Source: Bdellovibrionales bacterium (lineage in GTDB: Bacteria > Bdellovibrionota > Bdellovibrionia > Bdellovibrionales > UBA1609). Taken from it: DNA of 64,000 nt. Under the pieces are notes generated by a model. The model did not search any database, was not told the DNA's origin, and saw only the letters and a list, made by a program, of their open reading frames with translations. Location: positions 2,176,001-2,240,000 of the forward strand of contig CBDCMT010000001.1 in the NCBI GenBank assembly GCA_965219095.1, read 5' to 3'. Positions 31,224-41,532 of the stretch are shown one piece after another. The translations under genes were made by a program, and so were the position numbers. Each line of letters begins with the position of its first letter. Positions within the stretch are counted from its first letter, which is position 1.

Positions 31224-32411
31224 ATGAAAATAAAGCTTTTAATCTTATTTTTAATGTGTTCTCTTCTTTTCATATTTCAGAATTGCACTCATCCTATCTA
31301 TGAAGACATGAATTCTCTTTCAATAACACACCAGAACTTTAAAGCAGGAGCCTTTCCTTTAGATGTAACGTTTGACTCCTTTGTTTTTACTACTTGCAAT
31401 CAAGAAGGCTGGCAAGGTGAGTTAGAACACAACAAGTTTACCTTTAAATTAGGGGCCTTAAGAGATACAAGCGGAGTTCGTCTTAACCCTTATTTTGTAG
31501 ATACATTGAAAAACAACTTCACAAGTGATGAGAGGAAAAAGCACATTTTAAATACTTATTACTCTAACACCGTGATCCCCTTTTTTATGGAATTTTCTTT
31601 AAGAACCTTTTCAAGGTTCAGTCTCATCAGTAGAAAAGAAGAAGATCTAATTGAATCCATAGGAGTTTTTCCTCGTTCCTTTCCTATTAACAACAAAAAA
31701 ATAATTGAACCCTTAGTGAATTCACATATGTCATCTCATAAGGAAAAAAACTTTTTTAATAAGCTTGCTTTGTACGAAAAAAACTTAGAACTTTCTATTA
31801 ACATGAGAAACATTAATCTTAGAGATATACAAAAAGATTCTTTTCTACTGATCTCTTATAGACAAAAAGGAGTTCTTCTTGATGAAGTTCCTATGTATCC
31901 TAAAATAGAAGAAGATGATGAAAATTATAGATGGTCTTCTTTTGGAAAAGCCTATAAGCCAATAATGTCCTCTAAAGAACGATTTGTAAGGGAACTTGTT
32001 GAATACACATCAAGTTCCTTAGAAACAGACATCTCACATCTTGTAAAAGAAAAAAAATGGAAATGCGTCCAATTTGAAATCAGAAGACCTCAAGATGAAG
32101 ATGAAGACTGCCCACGTTATGCCGATCGCCTAAAAGATATCAAGTATGAAGAAAACGGCACAGTATATTTTGATAAAGAAGATATGCATTTTTTTCAAGC
32201 AGCAAGAGAGCTGTTTGATGAAGAAGGAAAGTATGCTTTTTATTACACAGAAGAACGCAAATGTGCTATTCTTCTTAACCAAGAACATACCGAGGACACT
32301 TGTTATAATAACAATGAATTAAATAGGGAAGAACCCCCTAATTACGCTAAAGACTGCGATCCTAAGAAAGAATTTTGTGGTCACAGAATGAGTGTCTGCA
32401 TAAGAAACTAA
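31224..32411 (+). CDS. Hypothetical lipoprotein, Cys-rich C-terminus
   Basis: Signal peptide ending FIFQNC. Confidence 0.7.
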   Translation: MKIKLLILFLMCSLLFIFQNCTHPIYEDMNSLSITHQNFKAGAFPLDVTFDSFVFTTCNQEGWQGELEHNKFTFKLGALRDTSGVRLNPYFVDTLKNNFTSDERKKHILNTYYSNTVIPFFMEFSLRTFSRFSLISRKEEDLIESIGVFPRSFPINNKKIIEPLVNSHMSSHKEKNFFNKLALYEKNLELSINMRNINLRDIQKDSFLLISYRQKGVLLDEVPMYPKIEEDDENYRWSSFGKAYKPIMSSKERFVRELVEYTSSSLETDISHLVKEKKWKCVQFEIRRPQDEDEDCPRYADRLKDIKYEENGTVYFDKEDMHFFQAARELFDEEGKYAFYYTEERKCAILLNQEHTEDTCYNNNELNREEPPNYAKDCDPKKEFCGHRMSVCIRN

Positions 32412-32488
32412 ATCACCTTAATCTAAAATCTAAAAAAGCCTGTAAACTTGACTGATTGTAAATATGTTAAGCATAATAGAAACAACAT

Positions 32489-33286
32489 ATGTTCATTGTC
32501 CTTATAGTCAGTCTCATAAAAGCCTCTGCTTTTCAAATTCATGCTCCTATAAGTTTATCCATGGGAGGAGCAGGTCGTGCAGCTCATAATGTTGCTGAAG
32601 GAATTCTTCTTAACCCGGCTCTTCTTGCACAAGGAAAAAACTTTCAATACACCCTCTATCACACTGTTATAGACGAAGATAAAGGCCTATACGGAATCAG
32701 TTTAGGAAAACACGAACCTCATCTTTTGTTTTCTTTAGGACTTTCTTATATGAAATCAGAAACCAATAAGCTCTTACAACTTGTGATAGCAAAAAGAAAT
32801 CATAAAGACTTATCTTGGGGTTTATCTTTTTACCGTATTAAGGATGAAAAATACCTAGATTGGAATATGAGAGCCGGTCTTTCTATGAAAATTTCCCCTC
32901 TTTTACAATGGGGATTTGTTTATAGCCATTTTCTATCTTCTCCTGGAGAGGATAGAGATTTCCCTAAAGAATTAGCCTTCGGCGTAGAAAAAGTTTTAAA
33001 CTACCGATTGCTTATGAGGTTGGATGGGGTTTTACTTTTTGACAAAAAGAAAAACCCTAAAAAGCATATTATATGGCAGGGTGGCTTTGAATGGAATGTT
33101 CTAGGGCCTCTTGTAGCCCGCACAGGTATAGAAAAAAATCCTGTTCAAAAAAACACCTACTATTGCACAGGTTTTGGCCTTCGCTTAGGACGCTTAGCAC
33201 TAGATTATGGGCTTAAAAGGGTTAGAAAAAGCCGCAACAAAACCCATTTTATACATAGCATTGACTTTCGCTCTCTAACTTGGTAG
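32489..33286 (+). CDS. Probable outer-membrane beta-barrel protein
   Basis: SLSMGGAGRA...NPALL start, alternating beta strands, terminal Trp. Confidence 0.7.
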   Translation: MFIVLIVSLIKASAFQIHAPISLSMGGAGRAAHNVAEGILLNPALLAQGKNFQYTLYHTVIDEDKGLYGISLGKHEPHLLFSLGLSYMKSETNKLLQLVIAKRNHKDLSWGLSFYRIKDEKYLDWNMRAGLSMKISPLLQWGFVYSHFLSSPGEDRDFPKELAFGVEKVLNYRLLMRLDGVLLFDKKKNPKKHIIWQGGFEWNVLGPLVARTGIEKNPVQKNTYYCTGFGLRLGRLALDYGLKRVRKSRNKTHFIHSIDFRSLTW

Positions 33287-33297
33287 ATATACTTTTT

Positions 33298-33441
33298 ATG
33301 GCATCACCAACGAAAAAAACAAAACGTATTCGTAAAAGAAAAAAAAACAGGCAAGGACAAAAGAGAAAATCTAAAATCCGCTCTCAAGGGACAACCCTAA
33401 GCACAGCTCAACTCTTTGGTGATGAGCCTAAAGATTCTTAA
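33298..33441 (+). CDS. 47-aa small basic protein (not in the ORF track)
   Basis: MASPTKKTKRIRKRKKNRQGQKRKSKIRSQGTTLSTAQLFGDEPKDS; fills the gap and overlaps the TonB stop by 4 nt. Confidence 0.7.
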   Translation: MASPTKKTKRIRKRKKNRQGQKRKSKIRSQGTTLSTAQLFGDEPKDS

Positions 33442-34490
33442 AGACTTTTTTCATCAATTAACCGAAACTCCACTTTATGGATCACCCAACCTAAATCCCC
33501 TGGTTTGTAACGAAAATCTTTGATACTTCCTAAAGCTTCCCTATCTAAAATATCAAAACCTGAACTGCGATGGACTTTGATCTTTTTTACCAAACCCTTT
33601 TTATTTACAAAATAAGTAAGGTACAAAACACCCTCTATCTTTTGTCTACGTGCTTTGTAAGGGTACTGAGGAGCTTTATTTCCTGGAAGCTGCTCAAGCT
33701 CTCGAAAATCTCTATGCCCTTTTAAAGCTAAAGAACTACTTCTGTCTTCGTAATCTCCTAAAGAAGAGAAGTTTAAGTTTTTCTTATACTCCTTTTCTAA
33801 AGCTTTTGACCAATTCTTTCTTTTATGAGAGGGGGAGGCATTTTTTATCGATTCATAAGCTTGAGACAGCTCTTTTTGAGACCCTCCTTGTGACAAAAGC
33901 TCTTCATAAGCTTGTCTTTTACCCTTTCTTAAATCCTTGCCCTTTCTTAAATCTTTGTAAGTTACTTGGTTTTCTAGGTGTTTTAAGTCTGTTGTTTGAA
34001 AATCGTCTTTGAGTTCTTCTTCTAGATCTCCAAGATGATCTTTTTTTGCTCCTAAAGCTTTAAGTTCCTTATCATAGGAAGAGCTTTTTTTCACTGTAAG
34101 TTGTTTTTTAATGTCTTTCAGAGATATAACAGAGGAGTTTTTCAAATCACCTTTTGATACAGTTTGAGAAAAAGAGCTTTTTTGAATCACAGCTTTTTGA
34201 GATTCAAGAGTCTTTTTCACAGATTTTGTAAGCTTTTTGTTTTTCACAACAAGATTGCTCCTTTTTAGTTCATTCTTAGATTTTTTGGTTTTTACTTGAG
34301 GAGAAAAAAAATGAGATTTCATTTGTGATGGGGATAAAAAAGTAACTTCAATAGTACTCTCTTTAAAGCTCTCAGATTGACTGATATAAAATAGGCTTAA
34401 AAAAACCAAGGTATGCAAGAAAACAGAGCCTAAAAAGCAAGAATAAAGACTTTCTTGTTGATGTTGATAAAGGAAAAGGGAATAAGTCAT
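33438..34490 (-). CDS. TonB-family energy transducer
   Basis: SVFLH TM motif; C-terminal PQYPYKARRQKIEG...SSGFDILDREA. Confidence 0.88.
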   Translation of the reverse strand: MTYSLFLYQHQQESLYSCFLGSVFLHTLVFLSLFYISQSESFKESTIEVTFLSPSQMKSHFFSPQVKTKKSKNELKRSNLVVKNKKLTKSVKKTLESQKAVIQKSSFSQTVSKGDLKNSSVISLKDIKKQLTVKKSSSYDKELKALGAKKDHLGDLEEELKDDFQTTDLKHLENQVTYKDLRKGKDLRKGKRQAYEELLSQGGSQKELSQAYESIKNASPSHKRKNWSKALEKEYKKNLNFSSLGDYEDRSSSLALKGHRDFRELEQLPGNKAPQYPYKARRQKIEGVLYLTYFVNKKGLVKKIKVHRSSGFDILDREALGSIKDFRYKPGDLGWVIHKVEFRLIDEKSL

Positions 34491-34733
34491 AATGCATTAT
34501 TTTAACCTATAAAGCTATTTTATGCAACATATAAAAACTACACACCCCACCCACACCTTGCCTTAACTAAGAGCCCCCTTTCTAAAACCCCAGTTCTCCT
34601 CTTCTTAAATTTCAAAGAAAAAAGAGAGTCTTCTGGCATAAAAGACGAAAATACTTCTTAGATTCCTTCCTTTACCCCACACTTCTAGACTTAAGTTTTG
34701 ACATAAAACCCTCTTCCAAGAGACACTAAGAGA

Positions 34734-35387
34734 GTGAAAACAACAACAACTAAGGATTTGAAAACTGAAAAAGAATTTCATTTTCTTAGAAAAGCTTGGC
34801 ACATAACAGGTGTCTTAATTTTATTCTCATACTTATTTTATTTTGACTTAAGTTATAAGCAGAAACTTATATCTCTTCTTTTTATATCTTTATTTACATT
34901 ATTTTTAGAGCTTTTACGCTTAAGAAATAAGAAAATAAATAATTTTATTTTACACCTCTTAAAACCCTTTATGAGAGATTACGAAAAAGATCACTTCTCA
35001 GGTCTTCTTCCTCTTATCTTAGGTACTCTTATTATTCATATTGTATTCCCAGATCTTATCGTAAAACTAGCCCTTTTATTCTTAGCTTTTTCTGATCCTT
35101 TTGCAAGTTACTTAGGACTTCGTTATGGAAAGATAAAAATTTTTAAAGCCAAAACCTTAGAAGGTTTTATGGGTTGTTGGGTTTGTTGTTCTCTTATTGT
35201 GCTCATTTTCTGGCCCTACGAAGACTTCAAAAACCTCACTAGCTTTATTCTTTTTTCTTTGTCTGCAGGTTTTATAGGCTCTGTTTCTGAAATCCTTTCC
35301 TTTGTAGGTGTCAATGACAACTTCACCATCCCTGTTTTTAGTGCCATAGGCTTGTGGAGCCTTTCTTACGGAGTGGTTTTTTCATGA
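34734..35387 (+). CDS. Polyprenol/diacylglycerol kinase (CTP_transf_1-like) membrane protein
   Basis: RKAWH, DPFASYLG, KTLEG, NDNFTIP. Confidence 0.85.
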   Translation: MKTTTTKDLKTEKEFHFLRKAWHITGVLILFSYLFYFDLSYKQKLISLLFISLFTLFLELLRLRNKKINNFILHLLKPFMRDYEKDHFSGLLPLILGTLIIHIVFPDLIVKLALLFLAFSDPFASYLGLRYGKIKIFKAKTLEGFMGCWVCCSLIVLIFWPYEDFKNLTSFILFSLSAGFIGSVSEILSFVGVNDNFTIPVFSAIGLWSLSYGVVFS

Positions 35388-36103
35388 GGCTCAAAGACAG
35401 ACAAAACATTTACATCCTTCCTAATATGATCACAACTATGAACATTTTTTTCGGGTTTTTTTCTGTAATCCGAGCCATTAACGAAGACTATACAATGGCG
35501 GCATATGCTATCATTGCGGCAGCTATTTTTGATCTTTTAGACGGAAGAGTGGCTCGTATCACCCGATCCACAAGTTCTTTTGGACGTCAATATGATTCTC
35601 TTTGTGACCTTATTAGTTTTGGTATAGCCCCTAGTCTTCTTCTTTTTCTTTGGGCTCTACAACCTTATGGACGTCTAGGATGGCTTGCAAGTTTTTTTTA
35701 CCTTGCTTGTACAGCTCTAAGATTAGCTCGTTTCAACAGCGATTCTTCTCTCGCAAAAGAAGATCGTTTCTTCATAGGACTGCCCAGTCCCATTTCTGCT
35801 GGTATTGTAGCCAGTGCTGTTCTCACCTTTAATGAAATGAACTGGTTAGGTTATCACTCTGTTTACATTTTATTTCTAACCATGTTTTTAGGTTTCTCTA
35901 TGGTTGATAACTTTCCTTACAGAAGCTTTAAAGACATTGATTTAAGAAAACGACTTCCTTTTAGATATTTCGTTATAGGAGTTCTTATGATAGCTGTTAT
36001 AGCTATCAAACCTGATATCACTTTATTTATTTTATTCTTAAGTTACGCTACACTAGGTTTTATTTTTGGTTTTGTGAAATGGCTAAAAAAAAGAAAGGTA
36101 TAA
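35384..36103 (+). CDS. pssA: CDP-diacylglycerol--serine O-phosphatidyltransferase
   Basis: LPNMIT, DLLDGRVAR...DSLCDLISFG, RLARFN, FIGLP; ATG overlaps the upstream stop. Confidence 0.95.
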   Translation: MRLKDRQNIYILPNMITTMNIFFGFFSVIRAINEDYTMAAYAIIAAAIFDLLDGRVARITRSTSSFGRQYDSLCDLISFGIAPSLLLFLWALQPYGRLGWLASFFYLACTALRLARFNSDSSLAKEDRFFIGLPSPISAGIVASAVLTFNEMNWLGYHSVYILFLTMFLGFSMVDNFPYRSFKDIDLRKRLPFRYFVIGVLMIAVIAIKPDITLFILFLSYATLGFIFGFVKWLKKRKV

Positions 36104-38046
36104 TGAAACCAATACTCATACTTTTTGTACTTGCTTTTTCTATATGTAGTTCTTCAGAGATCATCATTTCCTCAATACAGGGAGCTTCTTATTATGAAAG
36201 AAGAGACCAAGAGGGCTGGTTCATTTATGGAGGTCTTGCAGGGGATGATTCAACATGTAGTGAAAAAAACGGTGAGGCTTCAGAACTTTGTAATTCTTGT
36301 AAGGTATGTTCAGAAAACACAAATTGCAATTGCAATGAAAAAAGAATCTATCCTCGACTGGCTTTAAAAATTCAATTTTCATCAGACTCTCACTCAGGAG
36401 ATGTTCTTGTAAGAAATGAGACAGATCAGACAAGCATTCCAGGACTCGACAGATACCCTAGGTCTGTAAAGGCCAGATCTTTAACTCAAGCCATTCTTTA
36501 TTGGGAAACCATTTGTTCAAACCTTGGTTCAAGTATATCTTGTAACAACATACTTCCCTCAAACCAAGTAGGCAGTTCTCTGATTCTTGGCATTGACGGA
36601 AATCAAGACGGTGATCTCTCAGATCAAGAAGATGATCATATCAATCTTGAGTTTCGTGTGTACACACCTCAACTCACTGAAGTTCCTGCAAACTGTGATC
36701 AAGAAGCCTCTATGAGAGGAATTTGCAGTATGCAAATTACAAAGGGAGACCAAAAAGCTGTTATAAAGTCCATCACAACCCACCCTCTTTATCCTTCCAT
36801 AGAAGAAGATTTGGAAATTGATAAAATAAGAATTATGTTTTCTACAACAAGCTTTCCTGAAACTCCTCACCAAAACTATGCCGACTTAGACGTTGATAGC
36901 GTTAAGAATATTAAAGAAGCTATTATCAAAGACTTTGAAAATGGACAAAGGTATTATTTTCGTTTTGCTGTTGTGGACAAAGCAGGGAATGTATCTTTCT
37001 TTCAAAGTCGCAAGCTTTTTGAAGCCCAATGCCCTACTTTAGACACAGACTGTGATTACTCCCTTGTCCCAGAGGAAGTTTTAGGCTTTCTTAAAAAAGA
37101 TCAAAATTGTTTTATAGCTCAAGCTGTGCTGGGGTCATCACTTCATCACCATTTAAAAACGTTCCGAGAGTTTAGAAACAAAATTTTACTTAAACACTTT
37201 TTAGGAAAAAAGCTTGTTCTCATCTACTATAAATGGGGACCTCACCTTACACATGTTCTTAAAACCCATCCTTCTGTTAAGCTTCTTTTTCAGGGAATCT
37301 TATGGGTGCTATGGCTTACAGCTTGGCTTATTCTTCATCCTTTCGTGTTATTTTTTATTCTTTTTTTGACTTCAAGTTTTATTTTCTTTAGAAGATTAAG
37401 CTTTCTTTTTCTTTTTCTGGTCTTGTTTTTCCATTTATCAACTGAGGCAAGCCTTCTTAAAAACAAAATTTATTCTTTCCAGGTCGGCTTTTACACTCTA
37501 GATTCCCTTAAAAATGAAGCAAGTGAAGCCTTTAATAGTTTTTATAAGAATAAACCTATTGTATTCATGCTTGACTACGAAATTCCTCTTAAAAAAAGAC
37601 CCATGCAAATAGGTTTTAAATTAGGATCAGGCCTGAGCTATAGTCTAGGAACAGGGAAGTTTGGGGATGGTTCAGAGGCTACAGAAAATTTTTACTTCTT
37701 TCTCATACCTAACAGAATCTCTTTGATCAGCCGGATCCATTTACCTCAAAGTTTGCTTGTGCCTTTTGTAGAAGGAGGTGCTGGTTATTCTGTCATCTTA
37801 GAAAAACGATCCGATGGTCTTAACACATCTTTTTTAGGAAAAAAAGCAGGAGCAAGAACACTACACTGGGCTTTAGGAGTAGCTCTTAATCTAGCTTACG
37901 ACAAACCAACAAAACAAGAACTCTATCAAGATTATGGAATAAAGCTTGTTTATCTTTATTTAGAATACCGACAAATTATAAGTTTAAAAAAAGAACTCAA
38001 TGTGGGTTCTCAACTTTTAAATTTAGGATTATCCTTTCAAATTTAG
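36103..38046 (+). CDS. Cys-rich exported protein with CFI-box-CTERM domain fused to a C-terminal beta-barrel
   Basis: CFIAQAVLGS..FREFRN..YYKWGP + TM helix, then a second signal-like segment and barrel strands ending GLSFQI. Confidence 0.72.
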   Translation: MKPILILFVLAFSICSSSEIIISSIQGASYYERRDQEGWFIYGGLAGDDSTCSEKNGEASELCNSCKVCSENTNCNCNEKRIYPRLALKIQFSSDSHSGDVLVRNETDQTSIPGLDRYPRSVKARSLTQAILYWETICSNLGSSISCNNILPSNQVGSSLILGIDGNQDGDLSDQEDDHINLEFRVYTPQLTEVPANCDQEASMRGICSMQITKGDQKAVIKSITTHPLYPSIEEDLEIDKIRIMFSTTSFPETPHQNYADLDVDSVKNIKEAIIKDFENGQRYYFRFAVVDKAGNVSFFQSRKLFEAQCPTLDTDCDYSLVPEEVLGFLKKDQNCFIAQAVLGSSLHHHLKTFREFRNKILLKHFLGKKLVLIYYKWGPHLTHVLKTHPSVKLLFQGILWVLWLTAWLILHPFVLFFILFLTSSFIFFRRLSFLFLFLVLFFHLSTEASLLKNKIYSFQVGFYTLDSLKNEASEAFNSFYKNKPIVFMLDYEIPLKKRPMQIGFKLGSGLSYSLGTGKFGDGSEATENFYFFLIPNRISLISRIHLPQSLLVPFVEGGAGYSVILEKRSDGLNTSFLGKKAGARTLHWALGVALNLAYDKPTKQELYQDYGIKLVYLYLEYRQIISLKKELNVGSQLLNLGLSFQI

Positions 38047-38268
38047 CACTACTTTTACAAGTGAATTAATTTCTGTACTATCTCTCAAGTTTGCTACCTA
38101 ATGGAAAACACTCTGGACTGTGCTGAAAAAGTGAAGTCCAAATTGAACCTGTAAATTAAATTGTGTAACTGATTTTTTCATTTTAAATTTTACCCTCAAT
38201 TTTTCACATCAAACCTCCTCTCATATTCAATAGTAAGTAAGTTGTTGACCTATGGCAACTTGAGGTAG

Positions 38269-39918
38269 CTAATCCTCTTTAGCAGCTATTCTGTAAAGAT
38301 AACCCCCTGCAAAGACTAAAACACCTATAATTAATAATGAAACTATCCTTTGCAAGCCATCAAATTTATGAAAGTCAATTATTATAAAACGGCCAAGACT
38401 AATAACAACAAGAGGTATTGCTCCTCTTGCCATATCTTTATCTTTATTTCTGCTTGCCCAATATAAAATGCCAAAAGTATAGGCTATCCAAATCGGAGCA
38501 ATTGCCAAAGCACCAGTAAATTTTTTTAATCTAAAAATAGTTACAAAAAATTGAGCGTGAGCTAAGTTCAATATTAGCCCGCCATGGGAGCTTTTAATTT
38601 TTTTAGAAAAAAAGGAGAAAATAGCTCCAAAGATTGCTCCAAAAATGATCAACGAATTAAGGGAGACTTTACTAGCTCCAAATATAACCGACAGATAACT
38701 ATGGAGTAGAATACAACCAGCAACTATTATCGTTCCTTTAAGGGCTTTATTTTCTAATAGCTTTTTATTTAATAATCCAAATACCAGCACTAGCCAAAAT
38801 GTGAAAATAATCCGAACAAAATCATTCATTTCTACTATAAAGATAGAGTGAGCAAAAATTACACTACAAGCAGTGTAGACAAGATTTCCACTATCGAGCT
38901 CTATGTTTTGTAATTTCTTCTTAGCTAAACCATACGTAGCAAGCAAAAACCCGGCAAAAGCCATAGAAAAAATAGTCGCCCAATCTTCTGAAATACGATC
39001 TAAAAAGAAATATTCTTGACCATAGAAAAATATAATAATGGGGAAAACCCCCCAAGCCTCATCAGCAGTAAGTTTCAATTTGTTTCTTATAGAAAATAAA
39101 ACTGTACCTAGTGAAAATATTAAAAATTGGACACCTTGTATTATCATAATTTTAGAGTTGAAGTCATTATTACCATATCCTTTTATTAATCCGAAAAATG
39201 CAACTAATCCTAGAGCTAAGTAGCAAGATATCATTATGATGAATCGTTTTTTCAATTTAATTGAAAATATAGAAAACGCCATATCCCATGCAAAAAGATA
39301 TAAGGCCATTGTTGATAGTTCCGAAAAGGAGTTGTGAAAGAAAAAAGCTCCTAGATAGGTCCCAAATATTGCGAAAACAGCATAATTTTCCTTTTCTAAT
39401 TTGACTAGTAACCATATTGACAGTACGCCAATAAGTGATATGGAGACTAATCCTAAAGTTGGATCAAGAAGTTTGTGATAAAAAACAGCACCGTAGGTTG
39501 TTAAATGTAAAATAGCGACACCTAAAGCAGGTAAGATACTAATATAGTTTTTATCTTTAAGATGAATGTAAAATGGGAAGAAAATTAAGCTTCCAGCAAA
39601 AATTGAAGCAAAGAGACATTGTCTAATTGGTGTCAGCCAGCCACTATCAATTGAGAGTTTAATAAGCAAGATAGAAGCGAGAAGAATACATGTAGCTCCA
39701 ACGTATCCTAAAAAACGACTTTCTTTCTGTATTGAACTTTTCTCTATTGTGGCATGAGTCTTAGAATAAGGTTCCGTCTTCTGAACATATTCAGTTTTTT
39801 GAGGAGGGGAATACAATTGAGTTTTATGAATAGAGGTGTTTTCATTTTCAATATTAGTGATCCTTTCTTCAATTTTATCAATTCGTTTAAGAACCTCATC
39901 AAGAGTATTTGAACCCAC
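38269..39918 (-). CDS. DUF2339-like polytopic membrane protein
   Basis: N-terminal RIDKIEERI, SIDSGWLTP..Q, many TM helices, C-terminal RIVSLLIIG. Confidence 0.75.
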   Translation of the reverse strand: MGSNTLDEVLKRIDKIEERITNIENENTSIHKTQLYSPPQKTEYVQKTEPYSKTHATIEKSSIQKESRFLGYVGATCILLASILLIKLSIDSGWLTPIRQCLFASIFAGSLIFFPFYIHLKDKNYISILPALGVAILHLTTYGAVFYHKLLDPTLGLVSISLIGVLSIWLLVKLEKENYAVFAIFGTYLGAFFFHNSFSELSTMALYLFAWDMAFSIFSIKLKKRFIIMISCYLALGLVAFFGLIKGYGNNDFNSKIMIIQGVQFLIFSLGTVLFSIRNKLKLTADEAWGVFPIIIFFYGQEYFFLDRISEDWATIFSMAFAGFLLATYGLAKKKLQNIELDSGNLVYTACSVIFAHSIFIVEMNDFVRIIFTFWLVLVFGLLNKKLLENKALKGTIIVAGCILLHSYLSVIFGASKVSLNSLIIFGAIFGAIFSFFSKKIKSSHGGLILNLAHAQFFVTIFRLKKFTGALAIAPIWIAYTFGILYWASRNKDKDMARGAIPLVVISLGRFIIIDFHKFDGLQRIVSLLIIGVLVFAGGYLYRIAAKED

Positions 39919-40188
39919 ATTATCTCCTCATTAGTAGATTTTAGTTAGACCCTAGTATCTCCATTGTGACCAATTAGAGTGAGATACTCAAGAAAGTTTT
40001 TCTGAGTTTATAAAGACAAGCATTTTTTTGCTACACTACAGCATAACATTAAATTTTTTCTTCATTATTAGAAATAACATAGCTTGTAAGTAAAGATAAA
40101 CAACAGTAAAAGACATGAAACATGAGCTTCCCCCAAAAAAGTGAACAGTCAATTTTCTCTTAATGTGTAATAGTTGCAACTATCACAT

Positions 40189-41532
40189 CTAAGGAGATGA
40201 ATCCTCTTCTAACCTTCGTTTTCTTAAGTAAGTAGGCATTTCAAGGTTTTCTTCTTGATCTGTCTGTTTACCTTCATAAGTGCTGTCTTTGGTTTTAGCT
40301 AAAAGAATTTCTTTAAGAGCAGGTTTACCCATAATTCTTTTTGCAATATCTTCACTTTCTTTACTGAAAGCATTTGGTCCTTTTTTTATTCCTCCCTCTA
40401 AAGAAATTTGAAGATCCTCTTTTTCGCCATCTACAACCTGAGAATAAAACTTTTTTTCTACCTCTTTATCTTCCTCTGTCTTTAAAACTTCATCATGTTT
40501 TTCTAAAGCCTTTAGGTTTTCTGAAACAGAATTCATAGAAGCTCTTTTGTCCATTCCAAAACCTGTTGCAATTACTGTTACAAAGATCTCATCTTTCATT
40601 TTTTGATCAATGACAGCACCAAAAATAATTTCAGCATTCTCATCAGCAGCTTCTGTAATAAGACTTGAAGCCTCATTCACTTCCCAAAGAGTCAACTCCT
40701 CTCCTCCTGTTACATTAATAATGATTCCCGTGGCTCCTTCAATAGCAATGTTCTCTAATAAAGGAGAAGAGATAGCTTTAGTCGCCGCTTCCACTGCACG
40801 ATTCTCACCTTGAGCTTTGCCTACTCCCATGATAGCCATACCTTGTGCTGACATGACTGTTTTAATGTCAGCAAAATCCAAATTAATAAGCCCTCTTACA
40901 CTGATAAGATCGGAAATACCTTTTACAGCATGAAGTAAAACTTCATCAGCTTTTTTAAAAGTGTCTACAAGTGAGGTTTTCTCTCCCGCCACAGATATAA
41001 GCTTTTGATTAGGAATCACAATTAAAGTATCAACATTATCTTTAAAATGACGAATGCCCTCTTCAGCATAACGAGTTCTTTTTTTACCTTCAAAAACAAA
41101 AGGCTTGGTCACAACACCTATACACAAGATACCCATTTCACGAGCGATTTGGGCTACAATAGGAGCACCTCCTGTTCCTGTGCCACCTCCCATACCTGCT
41201 GTAATAAACACCATATCAGAACTTTCAATAGATTTTGCAATCTCTTCATAAGACTCTAACGCAGCCCTTTGTCCGATTTCAGGGTTAGCTCCTGCACCTA
41301 AGCCTCTAGTAAGTTCCACTCCTAGTTGAATTTTCTTTTCCGCAGGGTTAGCCTTAAGGGCTTGAATGTCTGTATTGGCCACAATAAACTCTACACCTTT
41401 TAAGCTTTCCAAAATCATAGTGTAAATAGCATTCCCCCCGCCACCACCAATCCCAATGACTTTTATATTTGCACCTAAATCTGCTTTTTTCTCTATTTCA
41501 AACATTTTGCCCTCCTTATTTAGAATCTTCAA
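40189..41532 (-). CDS. ftsZ: Cell division protein FtsZ (start probably 41505)
   Basis: GGGGGN, GMGGGTGTG, NLDFAD, C-terminal LEMPTYLR. Confidence 0.98.
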   Translation of the reverse strand: MKILNKEGKMFEIEKKADLGANIKVIGIGGGGGNAIYTMILESLKGVEFIVANTDIQALKANPAEKKIQLGVELTRGLGAGANPEIGQRAALESYEEIAKSIESSDMVFITAGMGGGTGTGGAPIVAQIAREMGILCIGVVTKPFVFEGKKRTRYAEEGIRHFKDNVDTLIVIPNQKLISVAGEKTSLVDTFKKADEVLLHAVKGISDLISVRGLINLDFADIKTVMSAQGMAIMGVGKAQGENRAVEAATKAISSPLLENIAIEGATGIIINVTGGEELTLWEVNEASSLITEAADENAEIIFGAVIDQKMKDEIFVTVIATGFGMDKRASMNSVSENLKALEKHDEVLKTEEDKEVEKKFYSQVVDGEKEDLQISLEGGIKKGPNAFSKESEDIAKRIMGKPALKEILLAKTKDSTYEGKQTDQEENLEMPTYLRKRRLEEDSSP

